57,340 nt of DNA from positions 94,757,063 through 94,814,402 of the forward strand of contig NC_068989.1 in NCBI RefSeq assembly GCF_001194135.2, given 5' to 3'. Each line of letters starts with the position of its first letter. Within the stretch, counting starts at the first letter, position 1. Origin of the DNA: Octopus bimaculoides (lineage: Eukaryota). The position numbers and the translations under genes are program-made. Below, piece by piece: positions 25,546 through 38,589 of the stretch. The notes below the pieces were generated by a model, which was not told the DNA's origin, searched no databases, and worked only from the letters and a program-made list of their open reading frames with translations.

Positions 25546-26501
25546 ACATACATTCACTTTCCTTTCAATTTTTCTCCATACTTTTCCTTTGCCCTACACT
25601 TTTATAGCTAATTCTAAAATCGCTTTATAACTTCTTTTCTTCATATCCCACTCTTTCTCTTAACCCTCATCGAGTCAGATTTTATCATTTAATTATAAAG
25701 GCTTCTTTTTTTACTCCACACATATATTTTTATATTTCCCTATCATTTACCACAATATGCCGCATTATTGATTTTTTAAAGTTGCAACGAAGGCAGCTAG
25801 GTGGTTGAGTTTTAAAAATATTTGGATTGAATGTTTAGATCTAAATTTTCTACTTTGTCTTTCATGCTTTAGGGGTCGATAAATAATTAGTACCGCGGTT
25901 GATTTATCCCCTCTGATTGTCTTGAAATTGCCGATACAACTAAAACCAAGAAAGGTACCATTGAAGTCACGAACCTTCTAACCCTTTCACCACGTCTCTG
26001 GGCTCATTCCAAGAAACTGAATCTGCAACTTCTTCACGGATGTGAGCAATAATTTTCTGTTAAACCCATTTTCACATATTACTCCCATATTTTTAACATC
26101 TAATCCCACTGACATCCGACTTATTACGTTAGCCCTACTATTACCGCAAATTACTCATGTTCCTATAATGATATTATTCACGTATAACTAATTTACGCCC
26201 ATCATTTTCATGGAAATATATATCTTCCTCCAAACCATTATTCCTAATTTTACGTTTACTTCATTCAACTTTTAGACTTCCACATTCGAAGAGTGTGCAA
26301 TTATAATCGAAATTGCACCGAACATTCTATTTAGAGGTCTTTACCTCAATTTCTCAAGCAGAACACCATTCTAATATGGATATGCTTTATAATAACACAT
26401 ATTACATATCCGTTTCTAACAGTAATTCATTATTTTCATAATACATTTATTACTAACATTATAACAAACTTACAAATCTTCTCCTTTAGCAAACCACTTA
26501 C

Positions 26502-26830
26502 CAGCACATCTCAAATGTGGTCTCACAGAAGAAACGGAAGGGTTACAGTGAACGTTCAGCAGTAAAGTAACTTAGGTTAAAAGCCTTAATTACTGGGGAC
26601 GTTTGAAAGTTCTAAGTCTCTACTTTCTTGAACGCCGAAGACAGATAAATATACTATTATATACGTGTGAAAAATCCTGGAGGAGCGTCTTATAAACTTC
26701 GGCATAAGAGAGAATTTTAATACAGGATTGTTAGATTGTCGGCTTCCAAGTATATCATCATCGAAATCACGAGCAAAGGCACTTAATTGCACCAGTGTGA
26801 TATTTAGAGATCCTTTTATTGTTCAATTGC
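26502..26830 (-). other. Candidate non-coding exon
   Basis: Minus acceptor tttctgatttctttAG| and donor CTG|GTAAGT. All three frames contain stops. Confidence 0.2.
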
Positions 26831-27052
26831 CTAAAGAAATCAGAAATATCAAAGTGGCTTTTACTGAAACATAAAAAGAGACATTAAATAAACTCCTAAC
26901 GACGATAACCATTCAAGGATACACAAAGGAAAGATCAGCTGCTACAAACTCAATCATAGACCAACTTCCAACCATAAATCGCAAACAAAACTGAAAAAGG
27001 AAATTTAGGTAGTGCGGCAGCATGGCCGCACTTCTACGAACGAAATCAATAA

Positions 27053-27120
<68 letters not shown>

Positions 27121-27130
27121 CAATAATAAT
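27053..27130. repeat. (TAA)n microsatellite
   Basis: Read directly. Confidence 0.95.
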
Positions 27131-27199
27131 TGGGCTTCGTATATTTTACCCCAGTGTCACTTTGATGGCATGCACTGCTCTCTCACTCAATAGTAATAA

Positions 27200-27340
27200 T
27201 AATAATAACATCGAAAAATACCTTAGGAATGAGAACCCAGGTTTGAAATTTCCCCAACACACCTGATTAAGCCTGGAGGGTATATTAGCCGAAACATTGT
27301 GCTAACAACAAACAAGATGAGGACAAATATCCGTAAATAA
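27200..27340 (+). mobile_element. Short repeat with degenerate minimal hammerhead motif, probably PLE-derived
   Basis: cac-CTGATTA-A-gcctg-gagggtatat-tagcc-GAAAC-ATT-gtg at 27260-27301. Confidence 0.45.
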
Positions 27341-27520
27341 CGTTGAGTTAACTAAGTTCCTTTCATTTTGTTAATTCATTTGATGTATATCAATTATCAA
27401 CACCAGCCACGAAACCTACACCGTAATTTCTATCTTCACATCGAACATTTGCATATATCTTTAACTCTTTTTATTATTCGAACTTCTTTTCGATTGCGTC
27501 AGTATATTAACAGCACCACT

Positions 27521-27672
27521 TTGCGTTCTAAGCTCAAATTCCGCCGAGGTTGACTTTGTCTTTCATCCTTCTGGGTCAATAAAATAAGTACCAATTGAAC
27601 ACTCGGGCCGATGCAATCGACTTACCCTCTCTCTTGGAATTGCTGGCCTTGTGCCAAGATCTGAAGCCAAGA
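27521..27672 (+). mobile_element. SINE family 2 copy
   Basis: ctcaaattccgccgaggttgactttgtctttcatcc...aaataagtacca...gctggccttgtgcc. Confidence 0.8.
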
Positions 27673-27789
27673 TTAGCAACACCATGGTCAAATTGACAAA
27701 CATTTAATTCTTTTTACTACTAACTCGGATATACAAACATTTCTGCATTCAACTCAGTCAACGAAAGCACTATACGATACATAAAGAAG

Positions 27790-29345
27790 ACCGAGGCAGT
27801 GATCATGTCAACCGTAGTAATAAGTTTCTGTGAAAGTGCCAAAAAGATAACGACAGTGAGAAATAAGCACTCGGTCAGGATGGAGTCTACGTTGGCATTG
27901 TGGATCAGTAACTGCAAGAAGAAAAACATTCCCTTGCGCGGCAACATCATCCGCGAGAAAGCGCTGCAATTATACCAGCAGTTCGACAGAGGAGACGGAG
28001 CAGAAGGCATCGAAGAACTGCAACCAAAACCATTGATAGCACCAGAGCCCGAAGATTTTCAAGCCAGCAAGGGATTGTTTGAGAGTTTTCAGAAACGGTT
28101 TAAAATAAAGTTTATTTCCCTGCATGGAGAGACAGCATCAGCCGACAATGAAACCTTCGAGAAGTACCTTGAGACTTTCAGACAGATCATCAAGGACAAG
28201 GAATACAAGCCGGAGCAGGTTTTCGAAATGGACGAGACTGGCTTGTTCTGGAATATATCTTCCAGAACGTACATAATGATAGACGAAGCCAGAGCACCAG
28301 GATTTAAGGCACAGAAATACTGAGTGACGCTAATTATGTGTGGCAAGTCAGCACATTATGTGTGGCATGTCTAGGAACCGAGGGCCTTCAAAAATACGAA
28401 TAAAATCCTGCTCCCTCTCCACTGGATGCACAACCCCAAGGCTTGGATTACCAAAAGTCTAACTTTGAATTGGTTCCGCCAATGCTTCATCCCTCAAGAC
28501 AAGCAATACTTCCAAAACGTATGTATGGAATTCAAGGTGTTGCTTGTTATGGATAATCCCTCATCCAGTCTATGGATCAAGGCGTGATCCGTGACTTCCA
28601 GACACTTTACACTCGGAAGTCTCTCCAACACCTTGTGGACGCAATGGATTCGGACGAGAATTTCAAGTGAAAGGAGTTCTGGCGTAACCTTAAGTTCGCA
28701 GCGTGCCTGTCAGTCATCCACGCTGCTCTTAAAGACATGAAAAAGAAACCCTCGTCGCACACTGGAAGAAGGTGTGGCCAAAGCGTGTCCAGCACTACGA
28801 GGGCTTCTCACCTGAAGATATTCAGAACAAGGCTGTTAACAATGCCGTGAAACTAGTAAAGGTACTTCGAGGCGAAGGTTTTGACATCACGCAAGATGAG
28901 GTCAACAATCTCATCGATGCCCACTTCGAAACCCTGACTGACGAAAATCTGTTGGAGTTAACGAAGTCTTCCAGCGCAGAGGAGGAAGCAACAGATCCAC
29001 AGGAAGAGGAGGATGATGTCCGACCTTTTAAGGACAGAGCAAAGGAATTTCAAGGGAAGGCGGAAGCATGGGATCCCTATATGGTTCGGTCTCTCAAATT
29101 TGAAAATGCCTTCGATGCTGACATGCAGACATATAAAACTCTCCTCACCACCATGAAGAAACAACGACAGCAACTTTCCCTCACAATGTTCCTCAAGTCC
29201 AGCAAGAGAGCATTGCACGAAGATACGACATCCCCTAAAACTCCCGAAGAATAGGCGTCGCCTGAAGAGCTTTAAAGTTTCTTCGCTGTGCTGTCATTAC
29301 CTTCATTATTTTCATCATCATCGTCTTAAATCAAAATCATTCATT
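27790..29345 (+). mobile_element. Tigger/pogo-like (TIGD1-type) DNA transposon, disrupted
   Basis: ORF 27799-28323 has a CENP-B-type HTH (MESTLALWI...IIREKA..LY...FQASKGLFESFQKRF) and DETGLFW. After a stop it reads EPRAFKN...HWMHNPKAWITK...LLVMDN, then a deletion, then MDQGVI. ORF 28772-29254 is the C-terminal region. No TIRs visible. Confidence 0.93.
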
Positions 29346-29883
29346 ATTGGTGAGTAACCGTACATTTGACTTTATTTTTTAAATTATTATCAAATATTAT
29401 ACACACACACACACAGACACGCGCGCACACACACACGCGCANNNNNNNNNNNNNNNNNNNNNNNNNNNNNNNNNNNNNNNNNNNNNNNNNNNNNNNNNNN
29501 NNNNNNNNNNNNNNNNNNNNNNNNNNNNNNNNNNNNNNNNNNNNNNNNNNNNNNNNNNNNNNNNNNNNNNNNNNNNNNNNNNNNNNNNNNNNNNNNNNNN
29601 NNNNNNNNNNNNNNNNNNNNNNNNNNNNNNNNNNNNNNNNNNNNNNNNNNNNNNNNNNNNNNNNNNNNNNNNNNNNNNNNNNNNNNNNNNNNNNNNNNNN
29701 NNNNNNNNNNNNNNNNNNNNNNNNNNNNNNNNNNNNNNNNNNNNNNNNNNGTAAGCATAAACATGATAAATTTACCTGCTTCTCCAGAGATAATTTATAA
29801 TAATATACTACACTGACAACTAGTATTGAGTTCAATATTATAGATTGTAGTTTTACATGTCCTAGCTAATATCGACTACTTAA

Positions 29884-29920
<37 letters not shown>

Positions 29921-31241
29921 ACACACACACACACATATACACACATAGAAGTGAACGCACGTTTATAGGCTGTGCACGAATATATAAGTGAGATATTTAC
30001 TACTTATTTCTGCTTAATGATTGGTAAATTCGAATTTGAACTGCAAAAATATGATTATATTTTCGAAACGAATGTTTGTATGTATGCTTATAGTGAAAGA
30101 GAAACTTAATAAAATCCGACAATAAACGCATTATTTATTAAAACGCAAATATTGCTGCGTATTTAATGTGCTGTGGAAACAAGGAACATCATCTTACATC
30201 AAGTAACTTGCTGTTACGAATGGAGGATATGCTTTTCTCTGTTTATATATATGAATACCATTGAAGTGAATGCATTCGAAACATATATCTGTGTATGAGC
30301 GTGTGCGTGTGTGTATGTGCAAGTGGGAGTGTATGTTTGAGTGTGCGTGTGTGTGGCTGCTATTCAGGCTGTACACTTATCGTGTGTATTAAGATAAGGA
30401 AAGAGAGACTCATAAAAGGTAGTTTATCGTTATTAAGTGAAAGAAATTGAAGAGAATGGATTCAATGAGGAGAAATTTTATTGGAAATACTAAAAATGAT
30501 AATTTTTCTTTGTGTGACTAAAACGTATTTTTTTATGATCATTGTCGAAATGTTCTTTACCGAACTTCAGATTTATTATGTCTTAAAGAATCTATTTCAT
30601 ATTCCAACTACAAATACTGTTGAACAATGCTGATACGCAACCGAGGACCAATTCCTGTCTATTGAAATATATGCATTCAAATCTATACTCCATTACTTCG
30701 ACCCCTCTCACGACATATTACCTCTGCATGTTATGAGGTATAAGGAATCCATTCTCTAGGCGTTAGTCTAATTTGTTTCCGTTTCATTTACATCGAAGAA
30801 GATTTATAGTAACACTAAATCGGTGCTATTAATTGTTCAATTGCTTATTTTATTGGCAACTGAAAGATAAAAATAGAAAATAAAACTTGACGAACTTGAG
30901 TGATGGTCGTAAAGAGATTTAAGCGGACACAGTGATGCAATATACTAATTGATGTCGCTCTAATAATTGTCGCAATCTACGATTCCAGCTGTTAAAATAT
31001 GCCCATTATATACACCTATAAGCCCCTTGCATCTCTGACTTGAAAGGTTAACAGAGAAATATTCTCGTCCATATAAGATACCACTCTATAGAAAAGTCAA
31101 GAGTTTCACAAATGCCGAAGGTAGCAGGATTTCAATTTGGACAAATATCGACGACAAAGTCCAATATTAAGTTTTGACTAAAATCAAACAGTAGGAATGA
31201 GTGCTCAACCCAGTATTGAGGGATATACATACATACATACA

Positions 31242-31305
<64 letters not shown>

Positions 31306-32066
31306 NNNNNNNNNNNNNNNNNNNNNNNNNNNNNNNNNNNNNNNNNNNNNNNNNNNNNNNNNNNNNNNNNNNNNNNNNNNNNNNNNNNNNNNNNNNNNNN
31401 NNNNNNNNNNNNNNNNNNNNNNNNNNNNNNNNNNNNNNNNNNNNNNNNNNNNNNNNNNNNNNNNNNNNNNNNNNNNNNNNNNNNNNNNNNNNNNNNNNNN
31501 NNNNNNNNNNNNNNNNNNNNNNNNNNNNNNNNNNNNNNNNNNNNNNNNNNNNNNNNNNNNNNNNNNNNNNNNNNNNNNNNNNNNNNNNNNNNNNNNNNNN
31601 NNNNNNNNNNNNNNNNNNNNNNNNNNNNNNNNNNNNNNNNNNNNNNNNNNNNNNNNNNNNNNNNNNNNNNNNNNNNNNNNNNNNNNNNNNNNNNNNNNNN
31701 NNNNNNNNNNNNNNNNNNNNNNNNNNNNNNNNNNNNNNNNNNNNNNNNNNNNNNNNNNNNNNNNNNNNNNNNNNNNNNNNNNNNNNNNNNNNNNNNNNNN
31801 NNNNNNNNNNNNNNNNNNNNNNNNNNNNNNNNNNNNNNNNNNNNNNNNNNNNNNNNNNNNNNNNNNNNNNNNNNNNNNNNNNNNNNNNNNNNNNNNNNNN
31901 NNNNNNNNNNNNNNNNNNNNNNNNNNNNNNNNNNNNNNNNNNNNNNNNNNNNNNNNNNNNNNNNNNNNNNNNNNNNNNNNNNNNNNNNNNNNNNNNNNNN
32001 NNNNNNNNNNNNNNNNNNNNNNNNNNNNNNNNNNNNNNNNNNNNNNNNNNNNNNNNNNNNNNNNNN

Positions 32067-32440
32067 CTTTGGCATCATGCAGTGGCGACCCGTGCGGTCA
32101 TTCCTGTAGTACTTGATGCCAAAGTCTGGCACCAGTCCTTCCAGTATTTTCCATATGTATATTGTTACATATCTCTCCCGCCTGCGGTTCCAGGGACTAG
32201 AGACCTGGTGCCTTCAGTCGCTCCCTGTAGTTCATCTGTTGGATTGTGGCGATCTTTTTGTATAGTGCCGCTGAATTGCGTCGAGTTCTGCTGTCCGCTT
32301 GACACGGTGTGGTGACCACTACTGAGAGCAATAGTCTAGGCGGCTCAGAACAAATGTCTTCCATAGAGTCAACATGACTTTTTGATCCCTTGTACGGAAT
32401 GTCCTCAGTATCCACCCTTCATTTGTGGGTCAACAAGATT
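32067..32440 (-). mobile_element. CR1-like LINE, post-RT region fragment
   Basis: Across frameshifts: GWILRTFRTRDQKVMLTLWKTFVLSRLDYCSQ*WSP...ELDAIQRHY/KKIATIQQMNYRERLK...VPDFGIKYYRNDRTGRHC. It continues into the gap. Confidence 0.85.
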
Positions 32441-32690
32441 ATCAATGGTTTCATGTAAAGAGCAATCTATTAACAATTAACAAGCCTGAAAAGTGTATTA
32501 TCAATACGCCAGCGATTTAATTAATTGGTTTTGTTTATTAATGTGGCTAGATTTGAACAAATTATCTTTTAATTTCTTCAGAATGTTTTCGTCTGTAATT
32601 TTATCCAATGTGTTTGATTTCGGCGACACTTTCAATCCCACGTGTGGCGTATAATAGTAAAAACTGTGTTCAGGTGACCTCTACAGATGT

Positions 32691-32766
32691 TTTTATAGAA
32701 ATTATAGCCAACACTAATCTTATTGGGTGAAATGTAGCCCAGTGTTGGCTATAATTTCTATTAAAA
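32691..32766. repeat. Short near-perfect inverted repeat (~25-bp arms, 25-nt spacer)
   Basis: ttttatagaaattatagccaacact ... agtgttggctataatttctattaaaa. Confidence 0.9.
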
Positions 32767-33212
32767 TAATCTGTTGAGATGATATTAACACGGGATTTAA
32801 GTGCACTGCTAATACAGTAGTACAGGGTATTGAGTTATAAAAACATTTAATATTCTTTATAGCTTACTATGGTTGCATAGCGGAATACCGTGTGCCTACG
32901 AGTCATTAATAGTGAAAAGGTTCGAGAAAACGTCCACGTGGCAAATTGAAGTGAAAAATGTAAAAAGAAGGAAAATGCACTGAAATATTTACTCGGATGG
33001 GGAGTTTCGCTTATACTTATCATGACTAAACAGTCATGACCGCTGACAGAGATGATGATAACGGCGTTGATAATGAGAGCTTGTTGATCCTCAAAGCCGC
33101 AGCTTCATTATTGCTTAGGATTTCTTGCCAGCTTCACATGGCTTTCAAACCGGGTTTCAAACTAAGTTTCACTTGCAGCCACAGTAAGAATGACAATATA
33201 ATTTTGATTCAA

Positions 33213-33415
33213 GACGGTTGGCAGAATCGTTTGTAAACCGGGGAAAATGCTTAGCGGTATTTCGTAGGTCTGAGTTCAAATTCTGCCGATCTTGAGTTTG
33301 TCTTTTATCCTTTCGGGGTCGATGAAAATAGGTACCAGTTCAACAATGGGGTCAATATAATCAACTTAAACCCATCCCCCAAGCTGCTGGCCTTGTGCCA
33401 AAATTTGAAACTAAT
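33213..33415 (+). mobile_element. SINE family 2 copy
   Basis: ggcagaatcgtt...tgagttcaaattctgccga...tcctttcggggtcgat...gctggccttgtgccaaaatttgaaac. Confidence 0.8.
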
Positions 33416-33504
33416 ATAATATTAATTTCAAATGCATGAACAATTTTGTAAGTTTGGGTTCGACCCCTGTATTTCAGATGTACTCAATTTAATCGAGCTC
33501 CGTT

Positions 33505-33760
33505 ATGTGAATGTACGTGGCTTAGTTGTTAGGGTGTCGAGGTTTCGAATCCCGGCCAAGGCAATACAGTATTTTCTTGAGCAATGCCCTTCATTTCACG
33601 TTGCTACCGTCCACTCAGCTCGGCTGTAAGTGAATAAACCTGCGATCCATTGGTGTTCTGTTCAGAGGGAATATTGTGATCTCGGTTATTTATACGCCAT
33701 GAAAATCGGGTAACTGGCCCCATGAGTCTGAGGACTCAAGTCAGTGATCCTCAGGGTTTT
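33505..33760 (+). mobile_element. SINE family 3, tRNA-derived, CORE-like centre
   Basis: A-box-like tggcttagttgttag and B-box-like gtttcgaatccc, then cttgagcaa...catttcacgttgct..gtccactcagct. Ends in a (GAT)-rich tail. Confidence 0.6.
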
Positions 33761-34194
33761 GTTGATGTTGTTATAGATGATGACGATGATGAATGATGTA
33801 GCATAAAAGTTACTAAATTGATCGAGTTGTTTAGTTTGTTGCTCTCCCAATCCTGTCTCTTGTGTACGCATCATTTTAAGATCATACTCACGTCTACGTC
33901 TTAATGTGGTGAAAATCTATCGCCTAATAACGGGGAATTCAACAAGCTTGCACCTACCGTTCAGTCTTTAAAGGAAAAGAAACGGAGTCAAGAGTTGAGC
34001 GATGACAACCCACAAAACTAATTACAAAACTTGAACAGTATTTTATCTTATTGACTCCCCCCTCCCACATCGGTTGTGAAAATTGAACTCAAAACGTCAA
34101 GTGACATAACATAATAGCGAAAGATAATTTAGCCATTGGTCAGTAACTCAGCATATCAACCTTTAATATCATAGGTTTTGGGGCCAAGAAACCG

Positions 34195-34320
34195 TAGAAT
34201 TTAGTTGACTCCAAAAAGATAAATGACACAGTCAGTCTGGCAGAATTTGAACACAGATCTTAAAGGACCGTAGCTAAATAGCACAAAATATTTCGTCTGA
34301 CATTTTGCTGATTATTCCAC
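34195..34320 (-). mobile_element. SINE family 2, degenerate
   Basis: Minus strand: tctgtgttcaaattctgccagactgactgtgtcatttatctttttggagtcaac. Confidence 0.55.
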
Positions 34321-35065
34321 TTCACTTCATTTAAACAATAGAATATTAATATCTGACATAAGTTATATCTGAATGCCTCTGTGGCCTAGTTGTCGATCTT
34401 AAAGCGAGTAACGGATTAATTCTGTCATCAAACGATAAGGATCCAGAGACATTTTCTCGCACAGTTTCTCCTATAATCTTTCACGTAGAAGACTTTCTCT
34501 GTCAAAAGCTATGGTAGAAGAAAAGAAGAACTTTTTCGGCATGAAAAATTATGGGTTTGAACATTGGAACCATATATTTGTGAAATGAACATCTAATATA
34601 GCGAAGGTAGGCACGCTTATAATTTCACCTGTAATCTATGTTCCACTCCTAACGTATATAGACTTACACGTTATACATCTGGTACTGATATACTAAATAA
34701 AATCAATTTGCCCCAGAATAATTTATAAAATATCATTACATTTCTACATCACTTAAAAAGAAATTACCTTGTGGGTAAGTGAAAAATCAGAATCAAACAT
34801 GGACCTGATAAGAATGAATCTTAATATCCGACTAACTTTGAAAGATAAATGGAATTCGATTTCACATACATTTCTTTTTTCGTTTCTTTTTTTCTTCCTA
34901 TATTCGTTTATATACTTTCTTCTTCTCTCCTTACATTTATTTCTGTGTTTCTTCCCCCTCCCCCACCACCACCACATTAATCTAATCAGAAGAATAGACA
35001 TGATAATGATGGTGATGACAGCAGTGGCGATGATAACGATATCTAAAACGATGATCATGATGACG

Positions 35066-35125
<60 letters not shown>

Positions 35126-35131
35126 GTAATA
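35066..35131. repeat. (TAA)n microsatellite
   Basis: Read directly. Confidence 0.95.
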
Positions 35132-35584
35132 TAATTTTCAAATTTGTATTCTGTCCATTGCAAATCGAGCAGCATGTGTACTGCAGCAATAATGGATCTT
35201 TAATGATGCCTTCAGGAAATCAGAGACTATAGGCACTAATGGCAGAACAGAGCAACCTTATGGCAGATGTCTTGCCATCAAATTTTCTGCTCTGACAGTC
35301 AAATACCAAGAAGAAGGAGACACAGAAAGATTAGCTCAGTGTTTTATCCGTTGTTTTATATGTTTTTTAAGGTAAGATTAAGAAATGTTAGAATGTAATA
35401 TCATATACAACACAGTCTTCATATATGAAAGTATTTTCGATCAGGAGTTGCACAACTGAAGTATGCTCACACATACCCAAATATACATACATTATAGACA
35501 TATAGTATTATACACATTATACAAACATATATACATATAGTTATCTGTTTGTACGCGTGTAATTTTTAAGTTGCTTGTATTCAT

Positions 35585-35628
<44 letters not shown>

Positions 35629-35649
35629 NNNNNNNNNNNNNNNNNNNNN

Positions 35650-35710
<61 letters not shown>

Positions 35711-36860
35711 ACATACATACACAACGTATTTATTTGTGATTTTTGCTCGACAGATCAGTACGGGAGAATGTATATATGCATATACATAGAATTAAATGAT
35801 AGCCAATTAGATATTTATGTGCACACATATGCACGCTCATTCCCTCATACATATATACGCTGTATGTTAGTGTGGGGGCGTTTGCATATGTGTGGATGTG
35901 CGTGCCTGTGTGTGCAACCGTGTTCCTCTATGTGTGCCTTCGTGTGTGCGTTCTTGTCAAGTAGCTCTAGGTATGCATTTATGCATTTATATGCGAAGAC
36001 GTTTGTGTTGATTTGAATTTACGAGTCAAAAGTAATATAAGAATACATTTCTGCATGTTTGTATGTGTGTGCTTACGTTTGTGTGTTTGTGTGTGCGTGC
36101 TTTAAGAGAAAAAAATATCTGCAATGTCACATAGAAAACAACAAAGGTTAAGATTTCTTATGTAAAAGAGCTAATGACATTTACTGATTTAATCAGATCT
36201 ATTGATCGATAAATAATAATTCCTCTTTTGTATGACTAGCAAACTTAATAACATGCTGAGAGGGAAACAGAAAAAATTCAAAAGAATTGAGGAAAAGGTT
36301 ATATGTATTAACATATTGAAATATATTCATTGCAATAACATACACGCAACAGGTAAGTATTGAAGTATGCTTATATAGATGATATGCGATTAGTGCATGG
36401 AATAGCAGCTAGACGGTTTAAATGATCATCATCTCATTTAGGACGATGATGATGAAGTCTGTACGCTCAGAAAATGTATAACCTATATCATCTCTATGAT
36501 ATGAGACTTATAGTCTCTTAAAGTTTAGATTTGTCTTAACATCTACTTTAGATAAAATTACATTCACCTAATCATTACTGAATGCAGACATCTACTTTCA
36601 GTTAAGATAATTGTCTAAGTTCAAATGTTGCCAAAATAATCATCTTGTGTCGCAATCCACCAATATTACAGAAAGACTGTTGCATCAGGTGGTGAGGTGG
36701 AAGAAAATGAAGTTATGAGTTTGCTGAAGTTTGAAGACGACCTGTTGTAATGTTGTGCTGGAATATAGAGCTTCCAATAATTTGTGCTACAATTAACAAA
36801 GGTACAGACAGGCAGACAGACAGACAGATATGTATGTATATCTAAGTGTATATCTATGTC

Positions 36861-36987
36861 ATTATTAGTTTTACTTCAAGATTTCTTGCCAACAGAGAAA
36901 GAACCGGTTTCTAACCTAGATACAAATCTCCTTCGTTGGAATTTCAACATCAACAACAGTGTCTTTTTGTTTCTATGCATGTATATA

Positions 36988-37022
<35 letters not shown>

Positions 37023-38187
37023 GTGTATGTATGTATGTATGTATGCATGTATATATGTATGCATGCATGTCTATATCTACGTGCAAATTTGTATGTTTTA
37101 TGTATGTATTCTCATGCATATAGTTGCATATATAGACACACACATATATATTTAAATGATAAACTTTTGAAATGTTTTACAGATTTTTACAGTTGCAGTG
37201 ATGGATGTGTAGTCTTCGAATTATCTTTCTCTTTTCTGATTTTGAGAGGCCTAATTTCTCAGGATTTGTATTTAGGTAGCGTGTTATATATCCTAGGGCC
37301 TTAATTACAAGTATAAACCTGAACTTATAATCTGGATAGAGTAACTGCAGATTTCTTAATAGTTCAGTGTAGGTATTTTCTTTTTCGCTGATCGTTTTCA
37401 ATGATCTTCAGCCTTAGGTCAACATCAGCTGGGCAGCTAATTTCCACAACTGTGCACAATTTCTCTTCTCTTTGCCAAATCATGATATTAAGTCTGTTGT
37501 GCTTACATTTTATTCCACCAGAACTCCTTTCTTAATGAGTGGCTATCGCTTCTACCATATTGTGGGTTGTTATTTCTTTGTCCCTAGAGTTATCCTTCCG
37601 ACGGATTTCATTATAGTTTCCTAGCTACAGCATCATGTTTCATCGGCAGATATGTTACCGTGACGTCATTTTCGGACAACTGCTTATAATGTGGGTGATA
37701 TCTTCGGTGTTAACGCCACAAAGCCTGCATCGGTTGTCCCATTTTACTGCTTTCCCTACATCTCTATCCCTTTTGTACATCAGGTATTTGGTTGATATTT
37801 CGTGTTCCTGGATTGCAAACGCATACCCTTCAAAGTGGGAGGTAATAATCCGGCTATTGGCCCATGATAGACTGCTTTGATGATCAATGTTACAATCATC
37901 TCGAAGCATTCTACTATCCATGTGCTCATGTATGTTCATCCTTTCATCTGATGATACGTTGCGGTAGAGAAGTGTGACTTTTTTGAGCATGTATTTAAGG
38001 TTAACAGACAAGGAATGTTGCTCAAGAAGCTGCCCTTCAAGTCTTATGATGTCATCAGCCTCATGTATGCAAACTTGGTCAAGGGATGCACTTAGAAACT
38101 TAGTGGTTAAAAGATGTTGCCGAAAGGATATCATACGCTATTCAAAGGCATTTTAGATCGATGTGAAGCCTCTGTCGTCTTGTTTCC
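36861..38187 (-). mobile_element. R4/Dong-like RLE retrotransposon, lineage B, 5'-truncated with complete 3' UTR
   Basis: ORF 37655-38134 includes FAIQEHEISTKY and CRLCGVNTEDITHIISSC (CCHC). The RLE remnant reads KENTYTELLRNLQLLYPDYKF. The 3' UTR ends gaaatcttgaagtaaaacTAATAAT, and the 5' junction abuts (TAA)n. Confidence 0.92.
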
Positions 38188-38206
38188 ATTATTATTATTA
38201 TTATTA

Positions 38207-38253
<47 letters not shown>

Positions 38254-38295
38254 ATCATCATCATCATCATCATCATCATTATCATTATTATTACG
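38188..38295. repeat. (ATT)n-(ATC)n compound microsatellite
   Basis: Read directly; it lies between two R4/Dong fragments. Confidence 0.95.
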
Positions 38296-38589
38296 CAACG
38301 GGAAAAAGGTTATTCCAAAAGTAAAATAGAAAACGATGGATATGAAATAGAATGGAATATGATAAAACAGGTTTATATGTGTGTGTGTGGTGGTGGGTGC
38401 GTGTGTGAAAGCGCTCAGTGCCTCATCACGTATAGATGGATTTATAAGTATTTAATAAAAGTTAGTAAAGTCGATAAGGTTTTGATCGAAGAGTCCAGGT
38501 CCCTAAACCCAGTCGCCTGGAGCACTACACAACATCTACAATCGTAGACATTAGACCAAGGAACGCTGGGTCTCCCATTTCGTTAAATG

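Noticed and set aside
29340-29360. TTG|GTGAGT donor as host exon
   Set aside because: Lies at the end of the Tigger-like element, so it is more simply explained as transposon sequence.
34717-34774. Exon candidate ending TGG|GTAAGT
   Set aside because: Poor acceptor and stops in all frames; within chance expectation.
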